Both the position numbers and the translations under genes were made by a program. From Callorhinchus milii (Eukaryota), in NCBI RefSeq assembly GCF_018977255.1, contig NW_024704743.1:53880001-53944000 (forward strand): 64,000 nucleotides of DNA, read 5' to 3'. How positions within the stretch are numbered: the stretch's first letter is position 1; each line of letters opens with the position of its first letter. Positions 1 to 13,165 of this stretch are shown piece by piece. The notes below the pieces were generated by a model. That model was not told where the DNA came from. It searched no databases and saw only the letters and a list, made by a program, of their open reading frames with translations.

Positions 1-2307
1 GATTGCTTTCCGAAGATAATAATTCCTCCAAAAAAAGATTGGGTCAGTCAATCCATGACTGTTTGTGGGATACTACTGTGCACGATTGGCTGCCATGTTT
101 TGCACACAAAATACAGTCAATCCACTTTACAATGTATTCTGTTAAGCGCTTTGAGATGTCTCAAAGACCTGATAAGGCACTATATCAAATGCAATGATTA
201 TTATTATCATTGAAGACACGGTCAAAGAGGTCTTAAAATTGGCCTTTGAAAGAGGTAGGAAGCAGGCGAGGTGGATGGACTTCCAGAGGATGGGTCCATG
301 AAGGCTGGAGTGGGCAGGGCAGTGGACATGGAACAAACAGGTTGGTAACCCTTTAATAGGTGTGAAAGACACAATAAAAACAGGATATTGATAAGAATTA
401 GTATTGATTGCTTTAGCTTAGCACCTGAGACCATGAGTTAATTCATCAGAGTTTCAATCAGAGTTAATCAGGGTGATTTCCCCAGCCTTCCCCTGATCAG
501 ACAGATAGGTGACACGTCTACGAGGAAGCTCAATTAGAATAGTTAATTGCTGTTTGCGATGCCATTAAAACCAGTACTGCGATTTTTCCTTTGAAACTCG
601 TAACAATACTCAATGATACCCCATGCTGACTGACTTGTCTCAATTTTAAAAAATGACTTTTTCTATATTTGCTCTCAATCCTATGAAGAGACTTTCTGTG
701 TCCACTTGTTCTAGTTCTGATGAAAAGATCACAGCTGTGAATTACTGTCTCTTTCAAACATTGTTTGACCTGCTGTCCATTTTCACCATTCCCTCTTTTT
801 GTTTCAGATTTCCAGCATCTGTAGTTTTACTTTTTGGCTACATTTTCGTGGTCATTATCTTGTCACATCAATTGGATTCAGGCCTTCTTTCTTACTAAAT
901 GGGCAACATGGTCAAAACCTCCACAATACCGTTCCACCAGTCACCGTGTCAAATGACTGAGTTATTGTAGATCAATTTTATTGCAAAATGGCCCATCTCA
1001 AATGTTTCTCAGAGAAAAGCCACATCATTTTGCAATGAAACCCTGTTATTGTCAGTTCACGTTTACTGTCACTTCTTTTGGTTGTCAGACTGAAAAAGGC
1101 AATTACTGGAATGTCTAGACAAAAAAGGCAAAGAAACAAGCTGGAAATCATCCACTCTTGTCTACCAGCCATTTGATAAGGTGCTTCAATGACACAGAAC
1201 CAAATTTAAATGAGCATCCAATTTCTTTGCTGAGAAATGAAAATTTGAAAGCATTTTGTGATATTATTCTCACATCAAAATTTAGAATGATTTGACTTTA
1301 TAGTTTAAAGAACAGCAATGATATTTGATAATCTTTCACAAAGTGTCCTCATTCACCTTTTGGTTCAGTAGCCGCTGATAGTCATGTTTCCATCCAAGAA
1401 TGTTGTCTGTAAAATCCTTATGGTTTTTTACAACTCATTGCATGTGAATATCTTTAACTCTGGTCATGCCACTATCCACACAGGTGTTTTCTGAGTAAAT
1501 GAATGAATTCTCATCCCCGATTGAAATACTCTCAACAGATCTCCAGTTTGCAGCTCTAGAGCAGTATTAATAATTCTTGCATTTGATATAGCATCTATAA
1601 TGTTGAAACATTTCACCAAGTTTTGCGCACAAAACCTAGTCAATTCACTTTACAGTATATTCTGTGAAGCTTTGAGATGTCTAGAAGACATAATAAGGCA
1701 TTATATCAAATGCAAAGATTATTATAAGATAAGAGCTCATAGGATACAGTCAGAGGAGCACAGCAATGTTTATTACCAATGCGTTTCTTTCTCTATCCGA
1801 GCAAGCACCAATGCTTGACAATCTACCCCTGACACATTAACAACACTCCACCCAGTGTGGATCAGGCATGGATGATTTTCTGTTAACTTAAAGTTTAAAA
1901 CATCAACAATTGGAGGTTTTGAATGTTTTTTTTATTGCTTTTGCAAATGTTACTTCACAAAACATGTCCATATTAAGTCTAGTCAAAGAATATCCTTAAA
2001 GAGTTAAAGCAATTATGTTTTTGTCGGTCCGTTTAAATCTTGATTAAAATGCTCATGATTACCAACACCAGTGTCAATGTTCAAGTTTCTATTGAGGAAA
2101 AGAAACAGAATACCTAGACTCCAAAATTGTATAGCAAACTTGCTTTTAACTGTCAATTTCAGACATGCATGAATCCTGATAAACAGCTTATTTGTCAAAA
2201 ATTGTTGTGTTCAGGATATGATTATGTTGGATAGTGAATTTCTCCCAACTGTGGTAAAAGCTAATAATGCAATAAAAAGTCAAATTTGAAGCAGATACAT
2301 GCCATAT

Positions 2308-2680
2308 TAGCTTCTGAGTCAGAAGGTTCTGGATTCAACTCCCATGTCTCGACTTTGAGCTCACAATCTAGGCTAACATTCCAGTGCAGTCCTGGGGGAG
2401 TCTGCATTGTAGGAGGTACCGCCCTTCAGATGAAATGTTACACTGAGGTCTCGTCTGCCTATTTAGGTAGACTTTAAAATTTTCATGGCACTATTTGAAG
2501 AGCGCAAGGATTAAAAACATCACTTCCTGGCTCTTTGTGGATATTCCTGTATGCAAATTGCCTGCTGCATTTTACAACAAATACACAGTCAATACACTTT
2601 ACAGTGAAATTTTGTGCAACACTGTGAGATGTTTTGACGATATGATAAGATTGTATATCAAATGCAATGGTTATTATTAA
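2308..2680 (+). mobile_element. old Deu-domain SINE of a second family (SacSINE1/AmnSINE1-like); related copies near 9380-9680, 9960-10290, 10875-11160, 22780-23175, 25920-26210, 32925-33110, 33200-33545, 46415-46720
   Basis: Shared segment resembling CTTTCAGATGAGACGTTAAACCGAGGTCCCGTCTGCCTGTTCAGGTGGACGTTAAAGAT in diverged form. Family name is from memory. Confidence 0.7.
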
Positions 2681-5600
2681 TATGTCTGCTATGATTCACA
2701 AGATCAGATCATAAGACAGTTTTGAATGGAAGAGGTCCTCTTCTTATCTGACCTTATCTTCCAGAATGCCAACCCTATTGTGTTCCCACTACAGCATCAA
2801 ATTGATTCTTATATGAATACAGCGTTCTGGATCCTACCACCCTTCTTCCTGGGAACAGAGTTGATTACTCTGTGTGTAAAGAGATCCATCCTGGTGTCTG
2901 TGCTGAACATTTCCCTCACTATCTTCAATCTGTGCCCTCTCTTGACTTCCAGCAGATCGATGGCATCAAAAGTATCAGAGACTTAAAACAGACCCAGTCC
3001 CTGCAGCAAAAATGCTAATGCCAGTTTCTACAATGGGTTAACTGCTTTGGATTCTTACCAGCAGCTCTGAGACACCTGGCAACAAAGCGGTTTTAAAAAT
3101 CTGTTCATGTACAGAGCGCCATGACTCAGTGTGCCATTTCAGTTGGCTAAATGCTCATTATCCTGCCAGCATCTATTATCAGATTAAATACATGCCACTG
3201 GATGTCTGCAGCAAGTCATCAAATTAAAATTTGTTTGCAAAGAGTATGTTTCTGAAACCAGGTTTGGCTAACAAAAATTACATCAAGTACATATTTAGGG
3301 GTTACTGTGTTAACTCCAAGAAAAATACTAAATGAAATTATGGGTCACATTACTGTGAGGGTTGCTTGGCTAATGAGTGGTCTAATTTTCTCTTAAAGAG
3401 TATTGCAAATACAATGCTCAACAGGATAGAGCGAATCTGAGATTTATCTGCTTTCCAGGAGGTTCTCAAGTTAACTTTAAGCCTTATGTGTAAATTATAT
3501 TTGTGGTCCATTGGTGGCTCAACTGCAATTGGTTTTGGGTCTAACCAGAACAGTTTATTTTTACTCCCATTGTATTTGGAGGTATTCCTACCCCCTGTCC
3601 TTGATGCTGTTTGTTCTTCATGAAGTCTGATATTCGCTTTAATCTCATTATTTATGGCTAAGAGCTCACTGAATGATGTATTAGGCTGTAATTCTGCAAC
3701 ACTGAAACACTCACTACTATTGCAGTGATAAAGTTACTCGAGTGTCAGCAGTTGCTTTGTTACAAGAATATTAATATTAACCTAAACTATCAAATAAATA
3801 GATTAAATACAATTTTAATGAAAACTACAAAGTGTAATCAGTTAAATCTGCTTGCTATCTCATACGGTTTTTTTCATTGCCTCTTATTTTCTAATTTCTA
3901 GCTGTTTAATTTTTCATTCAATTTTATTTTTCTCTCAACCTAACCAAAGTTTAAAATTAAATTTAAAGCTGTTACTTGCCTTATTTCTTAAACCTACAAA
4001 TACACAGTCACTACACTACAAGGTCAAATCCTGTGAGGCCCTTGAAGATGTCTTGATGGTATGACAAGATGCTATGTCAAATACATGGATTATTATTATT
4101 GTATTATATTATATTTCTTTCTGGCTCACGTTTTCCATCTTGGGAAGGGGGGAACTTTGAAAAAGCATGGTTTTCAATGTTTTGAAACTAACTGGAGTCC
4201 TCAGTCTTTAGTGAAAGGTTTCAAATTGAGATGCTTAATAGTACATCCAATATAGCATGTTGAATCTGTTAAGAAATATAAACTTTTTCACCCTTTGCCT
4301 TTTAATACCAACTTTACTGAGATCAACAAATGATCCGTCAAGCAGAATGATTTCTGTTCCTTTCTGTGCACAAATCATGTGATGTGAAAGAGAATAATTA
4401 TTGTGATGTTGTAACATTTACTGATAGCACTAAGCAATGCAGCCAGGGAACAGTTCAGGGGAGATTGATATCAACCAAAGAGATCTTCATCAATTAACAA
4501 ATGGGCTAAGTAATGGTGCATGGATTTTAATGCAGTTAAATGTACGGTTATGCATATTGGAACAGGATTTGTACAACATGAGTATTTAATAAAGCACAGG
4601 TAGAAAAGCAAATGAATCGTGTATGATTATTAACCATTTACTGGAATATGCAGACAGTTTCAACTTTTACTCCCTCAGAGAAAGGAATTTCTCCTTGTGT
4701 CCTCACTAACAATCTCACAGATAAAATTGATCATTCACTTCATGGCTGTTTGTGGAAGAATGCTGTGCAAATTGGCGTACAAATACACAGTCACTACACC
4801 TTACATTAATTCCTGTGAAGCACTTTGACATGTGTTTGACATGTGTCAGTATGATAAGTCACTATATCAAATGCAAGGATTATTATTATTGTTGAAGCTG
4901 TTATTTTGTAAATTATTTTGTAATGGAAGTTGATTGTAGGTCATAACAGGTTTACTCAAACAATCGTGCGCATATTTGGGAAGGCCAGATCTGAAATAAT
5001 AATAATCCTTGTATTTGATATGAAGCCTTATCGGGTCTTTGAGAAATCTCAAGTGAATTCACTATAAAGTGAATTGAGTGTATATTTTGTGGTGAAACTT
5101 GGCATCTAATTGCGCACAGCAAAGTCTCACAAACAGTCATGGATTGAGTGACCAAATTATTATTATTATTTATTTGTTACACAATTTTTGACACTTCCCT
5201 TATAAGTATGTGAATGTATTAGCATCAGCAATGAGTGACAACAATGGTTCTTGGGTTTGGGATGGTAAGTTTGGTGAATAAATGGAACTGTTTGAGAAAA
5301 GAAGATGTAGTAATTCAGCATCAAATGGGATTAACAGAGAGATGAGATCCTATCTGAAATGGAGCTTGGATTTATAGAACAATGGAATAATATCGATCAG
5401 GGAATGTTCTGCTGGGAGCACTTTGTTTTAAATGTAGTGAATCTGATCCAACACATGACCTGAGCAGTTTCCATTCAATCTCAAACTGAATACTCAAAGC
5501 AGCCTCTTCCACTGTCATTCTGGGCATTGAAGCATCCTGTTCCACAACACAATTTTCGTTCAAATTGTGTTGTAGCACTGAGGTGATGCCAAGGACTAAC

Positions 5601-6469
5601 TATACTGCTGGAAGTTGCTGGATAATGCTTCACCAAAATGGGCACTTCGCTTGATAGAGAAGCATTTTCAAATGTTTCCACATCATAGCACACTATAAAA
5701 AGGCAAGTTCTCTCTTTAACATTTAACAGAAGCATTTTAATAGGAATGTTTAAAATGGAGACAGGGTAGCTGGAAGGGGATATGGAAAAAAACAGGCAAC
5801 AGGAATTAATAGATCTTCTTTGATCTAATAAGATGGTAATAATAATAATAACCCTTACATTTGATATAGCACTTTACGTTGTTGAGACATCTCAAAGTGC
5901 TTCGCAGAATATACTGTAAAGTGAATTGACTATTTTGTAAGCGAAACACGACAGCCAATTGCACACAGTAGTGTTCCACAAACAGTAGTGGATTGGGTGA
6001 CCAAGTTATTATTATTATTTTTGGAGGGATTTTTACTCCCAGTAGAAGAGGCTCAATGCTTTGTTTTGGTCAGCTGGCTGACTGCCACATGTGGAAACTC
6101 ATCACTGCGCTTAAGGGATTGAACGACCTTTTCCTTTTGTATGTTTCCACGACAGAAGCCACCTTCCCTCCTCCCGAATAAATGAACAAACTATGTTATG
6201 GGGAAATGGATTAGTAGAACAGAACACCATTTGTCATTTTAGCAATTTTGATTCGAACAGAACAAAATGATTGAGTCAAAGAAAGTCTCTCTTCTGCCTG
6301 TCTGTAAAAGGAACTAGCATTCAGTTCAGTTCTCAATTCAGTTCCATAATGTAAAGGAGATACAGCACAAAACTGTTCAGAATTTGCACAATTTAGCAAT
6401 CTCTTTCAGAGAAGCCACAAAGCTGGCTGGTTTGAGAATATGATAAACTTACTTTCTAAATACTTGCTT

Positions 6470-6790
6470 ATTTATCATGATGAGAGGGCATAAATATAGG
6501 ATAGCTAGTTATAAGTCTAATAGGATCATAGAAGGAACTTTTTCATGCAAAAGGTGATGGCAATGTTGAACTCACTGCTGGAAGCTGTGGTTGAAGCAAA
6601 AAAGCATGAATGTATTTAAGAGGAAACTTGATGCATACATGAGGGAGAAGGGGATAAAGGAGCTTGGGAGAGAGCAGTATAATGGGTGGGAATAAACAAG
6701 CTGGAGGCTTGTGTGGGAGTATAAACACTGGCACAGCCTGGTTGGACTCAATGATCTGTTTCCATGCTGCAGCATTTTAAGAAATTCTCG
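6470..6790 (+). mobile_element. old CR1-like 3' end fragment
   Basis: GTGGTTGAAGCA..ATTTAAGAGGAAACTTGAT and GTGTGGGAGTATAAACACTGGC blocks. A similar piece lies at 41120-41250. Confidence 0.6.
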
Positions 6791-7825
6791 GTAAATAAAA
6801 AGTGCTATTCTGAAATTATGGTTAGGAAAACTTTAGAAAACAGGAACAATGCAAATTTATATTTCTACAGCACCTTTCACTTCGGACGCATGTCCCGAAG
6901 TACTTAATGGGGGGGAGAGGGATCCATTCAACTCATCCAGTATGTCCCACAAGTTAAATAGATTTTAGCAGATCTTTTAGTTCCTTTTGCCATACCCCAT
7001 TAATATCTCCCAATGAATACAAAAATGCCTCCCAATGTAGTTTTGAATATAAAATGAAACATTTATCTGGTATAATTTGTGCTGATAAAGATACCTTAAA
7101 TATAGAAATAAAGTGTATTTAAAAATAACTTCATAACTAAAGATAATTTAGAGCATTGTACTGTATAAAGGCAGCAGAAATGAAACTGTGCTTCTGCTTC
7201 CCTCAGCCGTTATCTTATAATTGAAAGAGAGAAAAAAAGCCGAGACCTACAAATCAAACTTAACATCCTTAAACAGCTGCAGCAAATTTGTTTTACAAGG
7301 CTGCCTCTAACTACCTGCTGTGCAGCTCTGTCGATGTTTGTAAAATGAATGATGAGAATGGAAGTCTGTGATTTCATTTATTCAGACCGATTAGTCACGC
7401 ATGCAAATGGTATCATTTGCCTGTCACTTAATGACTGACCATTCTGTCTGAGTCATTAGCTCTGCAGTGTAATGAAAGGAAGAGATAAGCATAATAAAGA
7501 GATGACGGAAGTGCAATGCTGTTTTACCTAAAAGGAACCGCACACAGAAATTCAGTGCAGCTGCAGGTGTTCGGAAGACAATGTGGGAAGTGGTTAGGTT
7601 CCAATTTAGCAGAAAATGAAGAGCAAAAAACTGTTATTTGTGCGAGAAGATACTCATCCCAAGCCATCATCAGCACAGTGGATTCACAGGATAAGTATTC
7701 AGCTGGCTTTAGCCTGAGTTAGAACAACTGGCACATTGCTCGCTTTGGATATCAGATTGATGCTTATGATATTTTAGTTTATTCTTTAAAATTCTTTGAT
7801 TATCTATTCTATTTAATATTTAATT

Positions 7826-8151
7826 TGGAGTCCAGTAGCTCAGTGGTTAGAGCACTTGCCTCACAAGCGAGAGATATGGGTTTGATTCTCAGCAGGGCGA
7901 AATCTTGTGCAAATTTCCTTACTCTACATGCCTGATAATAATCCCTCAAAAAAAATAATAAAAATTTGGTCACTCAATTCATGACTGTTTGTGGGACATT
8001 GCTGTTCGCAATTGGCTGCCGTATTTCGCCCACAAATATACAGTCAATTCACTTCACGGTATATTCTGTGAAGCGCTTTGAGACGTCTAGAAGACATGAA
8101 AAGCGCTATATCAAATGCAAGGATTATTATTAGATGATTTGACTATTTTTA
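7826..8151 (+). mobile_element. tRNA-headed Deu-domain SINE, full length, older subfamily
   Basis: A-box TAGCTCAGTGG, degenerate B-box, Deu-like core GCTGTTCGCAATTGGCTGCCG, L2-type tail and (TTA)n. Confidence 0.9.
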
Positions 8152-10369
8152 TTTCAACAGATTTAAGGTAAAAAAGGTTAAGCAATCAAGATTGATTCAA
8201 TAACAAATAACAAAAATTACATTTCTATAGTGTCTTTCATGTTGCGAGGAAGTTCCAGTTGTATCCAAGTTTTTAAAATCTCACCCAGGTCCCTAGGTCC
8301 AACCTGAAAAGAGAGTCTAGTCTGACTGTGCCCTTGTACATTGCAATGCAGATTCATGTTGTTCAGCATGAATAAGTCAAACCACTACCAGCTTGTCTGA
8401 ATGTGACAACTATTTGCAATAAATGGGGACAAAATAAAGTGAAAAGCTGAAGAATGTCAGATCAGATAGAATTCATTATTTATCCCAAATGGAAAAACGT
8501 TCACTGAAGTGAATGTAAACACTTTTATTTTTACAAAAATTCCAAATCAAATAAAAGATTAAAAATAGGACAAGGGAGTTTCTCCCGGTGTCCTGGTCAA
8601 CAATCCATCAAATGAAATTGATCATCCACTTCATGGCTGTCTATGGGACATTGTTGGGAGGAAATTGGCTACCGCGTTCACCTACAAATACGTAATGCTT
8701 TGAGATGTCTTGATGATGTGATAAGGTCCTATATAATGATAACAGACCCCGAGGACCAAAGGAACACAAGTTAAAAGACTACACTTTGCAGAAACATCTT
8801 GTGAAGCGATTGAGACGTTTTGACATTGTGATATGGGGCTATATCAAAAATGGTTATTATTGTTTTAAAATATCTCCCAAAGTCCTTAAATCTTTGACAA
8901 TATATAACATTCAGAGTGATTTTTCTATAATATCCCATTAACATTAAAATTGGAGCAGCTCCATGGTGTAATGGAGAGAGCTACAGCTTATGGGCCAGAA
9001 TCTCACTAGTTTGTATCTCAGTCCATGCTGAGTTTGCTGGCCTCAGCCCGGAGTGCATGGGGCAGCTAAACTAGTCTTGACCTTCCCAGGATTAGTGACA
9101 GAAAAAACAGCCAGGGACCCTGCCCTAGTTCCTCTCCAACACGTGCGGTGTGTGCGTGTAGTAAAAGGGTGGGCTCCATTGATGTTATCTATAATTGAGT
9201 GGCCTGATAACACTCATTTCCAACAACTGGTCCCCATATGTAAATGATAGGTACCACACAATACCTCAAAACACTTCACTTGAAGTTTAGTAAATGTTTA
9301 TTTGTAGGGGAATGCAGCAGCCAATTTGCATTCAATAATGTCCAACAAGCAGCAAAGATGTGAAGACCAATTTGGTAATAATAATCCTTATATTTCATGT
9401 CAGAAGAACATCTCAAAGTGCTTCACAGGATATGTTATTAAGGATAGTGACTATGTATTTTGTAGGCAAATATCACAGCCATTTTGCACACAGCAATATC
9501 CTACAAACATCCCTGAAGTGAATGATCATTCTTTTACTTGGTTGTTGGCCAGGACACAGGAAGAAACACTTCTCTTTTTGAATAGTGTTCATGGAATCCC
9601 TGGGATCTTTAATGTCCACCTGAACAGGCAGATGGGACCTCGGCTGAACATTTCATCTGAAAGATGGCACCTGAAATAATTTAGTATAAATCATAATGGT
9701 TAGCAAACCTCAAGTTGGTTAATGTAATATTTTGATACAATTTCATCTAACTTATATTGGATGATCATACAAATGAAGATAATACAACACATAAAGCACA
9801 GCAGTAAATTATCTGTTACTTAGATATAAAAGTGTCCAACGTGCATTACTAGCACTCCCTGCTCACATTAGGAAAATTATACTTGAACATTCGGAGCAAA
9901 TAACAAAGTGTGATGTCAATAAAAAATATTATATTCAAAGCTTAATATAAAATCCTAAATAATCCTTACATTTGATATTGTGCCTTTCACATGACTTCTC
10001 GGGAATTAATGGAAAGTTTAGTGACTGCTTATTTTGTGGATGAACATGGCAGCCTATTTACATACAGCAATGTCCCACAAAGAGCCATGAAGTGAGACAC
10101 TGGTGGAAACTCCCTTCTCTTTTCAAATAATGCCATGGGAATCTGTAAAGCCTACCTCAACAGACAGATGGAACGTCAGTTTATGGTCTCATCCAAAGGA
10201 CTGCACCTCTAACAATCCCCTCTCCTAAATTTCAGCCGAGACTGTGAGTTTGAAGTTTTGAATCCCTAACATATGAGCCTGAACCCAAAATCCATATGTA
10301 GAAGGTCCCCTGCATATTGTAACTGGATTTGTCTAAAATAATTGTACAGTGCATAGTAAGCCCCTTAAT

Positions 10370-10745
10370 TAGCCCTGTGGGTCAATACATTGCCTTGTGC
10401 AGTACTATCCCAAAAAGACTAATTACTTGCAGATTTAGATCCCAGACTGTGTTAAGTTAGTTGATCTGTTGGATGTAGTAGTTGGGCCACTGTACTTGTC
10501 GTCAGCACCCATGTGTTAGGGAAGAGAAATTCACTGAGGGCTCCTACTTCTGATCATTACTCGCAAGACCCCTGCTATTGGGTATTCATGTGTGAACATT
10601 GGGTGAGCACAGGATCGATCTCAGACGACTGTGCTGTCCTCTGTGGTTAGATAGCTATCAAACCTCACACCTGAAAAAAGGCACCATTTGGGCTTAATAC
10701 CAAGCAGAACTCTTCTCAGAGAGGAGGGGAGAAAATCGGAGCAGA
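10370..10745 (+). mobile_element. old SINE resembling AmnSINE2; related copies near 8960-9240, 26540-26790 and 48830-49050 (-)
   Basis: Shared degenerate TGCTGAGTTAGCTGATCTCAG...GGGAAAAATCAGCCAGGG...GACCCCTGCT blocks. Family name is from memory. Confidence 0.5.
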
Positions 10746-11321
10746 AAAATAATTGTATAAAAAATGCAATCATTTCAAATCGTTGCATTTTTTAATTTAT
10801 TATGCCTCACAATAAAATCCAAATTGTATTTTTTTTAAAAAAACAACCATTAATTAAATGATTTATACTGTATCATCCTTTGGATGAGATATTAAATAGT
10901 GATCCCATCTGTCTGTTCAGGTGGATGTTAAAGATCCCATGGCACTATTCAAAAAGAGAAGAGTCTCCCCAATGTCCTGGTAAATAATCCCGCCAAATTA
11001 GTCATTTCTTTCATGGCTTTTTGTGGGACACTGCTGTGTGCTGCCACGTCCACCCACAAAATTCACAGTCACTTCACTTCACAGTGAAATCTTGTGAAGT
11101 GCTTTGAGACGTCCTCCCGATATCAAATGCTCTATGTTAAATGCAAAGGCTATTATTTATTTTGATGGTGAAGAGTAATAAAGCCCTTTAACTGAATGAT
11201 TCACAGCAAATTCATATTTAGGGGAAAATGAGTTATACTGAGTATGTTATTACACATGAAAGGAGTTGACCTTCATGTGGCTTAGTTATGAAGACTTTGT
11301 ATGTGTAAGAGAGTGAGGCAA

Positions 11322-11515
11322 TAAATAATAATCCTTGCATTTGCATTTGATATAGCGCTTTTCACGTCGGGAGGACGTCCCAAAGCGCTTCACAGAACAC
11401 ACTGTAAAGTGAATTGACTGTGTATTTGTGGGCGAACGCGGCAGCCAATTGCGCACAGCAATGTCCCACAAACAGTCGTAGATTGAAAATGACCAATTTA
11501 TTATTGTTATTTTTG
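11322..11515 (-). mobile_element. 5'-truncated young SINE copy
   Basis: Near-identical to the 3' half of the copies at 16851-17184 and 53608-53942. Confidence 0.88.
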
Positions 11516-12821
11516 TTTGACTCCTTCAAATTGGATGAACAAATGTCTCTAATTTATGTCTTAGTCAATTTCATTTAATTTGTACAATTGACCCGCAGAA
11601 TGTTGAAGACTAGTAGATACGATTTCCATCCCATCACTTAAACCCAAGTCCCAGCAGTGAAAGGATGCCTTGAATGAATTTATTTATTTTTTTAAAAAAT
11701 GTCTTGTAACATACTGTGTTCCTTATGTGCTCCCCCTATGAAATATTTTACATCCTGTTGTCCAGAGTGAAGTTGAGGGATGTGACTCTAGCAGCTCTCA
11801 GGTTTATTTTACTTCAAGCTGAATACGATTAGAGAGGGATTATATTCCTCTCCAATGAGTGAGGAATTAACTTGGGAACCTCTGAGAATAAAATAAAATT
11901 ACATGCACGTACACAGGGTTAAAAAAAACATAGATGAAAGATAATATTACTGAGAGGTACATGGAAAGTAGCTCGACAGTTGTTGATTGCCTTGAAATGA
12001 ATATCTATCTCTGGGAATGAAATCAAATTTCACCATCAATAGTTACTGCTGATAGAGCCTCATTGAAACCTATGAGGGAGGCAGACACGCAGCCAGTTGT
12101 CTGAAGGCTGAGAATAAGTTAACAGTCAAAGATAATCTAAAACATATAAAGAAAGTACCGTGGTCAAGAATTTCAAGATCTTTAACAACTTTCTTCCAAA
12201 GTTTAAGATGTTTTTTTTCAATAGCAACTTCCCATCTCAACAGTGATGATTTACTCAACCTTTTATTTTATCCATCCTGGCATCCCTAAGACTTGCTGTC
12301 CCCCTTCCCTCCAGCCCCCACCTCCCCCACCCTCCCTACTTTCAAACCTTTCCGCAAGATTTACTTGTTTGACCGTATTCTCGGTCATCTTTTCCCTCCC
12401 CACCCTATTCAGCTCCCACCCCACCCCACCACTACCACCCAGCCAGCTGTCTGAAGCGCTTTGAGCCATTGTCCCAATGTGAGAGGTGTTCTGTAAATGT
12501 AAATTGTATTGTACTTTGCATCGGGCAGAGGGAGTCCTTTGTTACTCTCACACGACTGAACCTGAAGACAAGGACAAAGAAATGTTTGCTCAGTAGAGCT
12601 GAAACCTGTCACATTTATAAGAATTGAAGCACTGCAAAAGATAGTATTGGGGCAGAAATCAAAAGCATGGTCACTGAAAACCCGTGACTTAAACTCATTA
12701 ATTTTTATAAAGAATCTATCCTGTATAAATAATCCTGAATAAAAATCGATGACTCGGTTTAGTTTGAAAAATTTATACTTAATTCCTCAGGAATTAATAC
12801 GCCTAATTGAAGTGTAAATAC

Positions 12822-13165
12822 AATAATAATAATCCTTGCGTTTGATGTAGTGCCTTAACATGTCTTCGAGAGGTCTCAAAGTGTAGTGACTGTATATTTT
12901 GTGGGCGAAACGCAGCAACCAATTGCCCACAGAAGTGTTCCACAAACAGTCGTGGATTGAGTGATCAAATTATTATTATAATTTTTTTTGAAAGGATTAT
13001 TACTCCTAGAAAAGCCATCTGCCAATCAACTAACACCCGGGTTCCTATTTACTGCTAGGTAAACTAAGGCTTGTGTAGTAAACAAACTTTTTGCCTGCCG
13101 GGAATTGAACTCAGATCCTCTCACTTGTGAGGCGAACGCTCTAACCGCTGAGCTACAGGACTCCA
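12822..13165 (-). mobile_element. tRNA-headed SINE, long subfamily with extra internal segment
   Basis: Full head and tail, plus the TTTACCTAGCAGTAA..GGAACCCGG segment that the young copies lack. Confidence 0.88.

Noticed and set aside
11286..11471. Recurrent ORF-track peptides such as [16 protein letters not shown]... and ...[10 protein letters not shown]
   Set aside because: These are translations of the same non-coding SINE in many copies, not a gene family.
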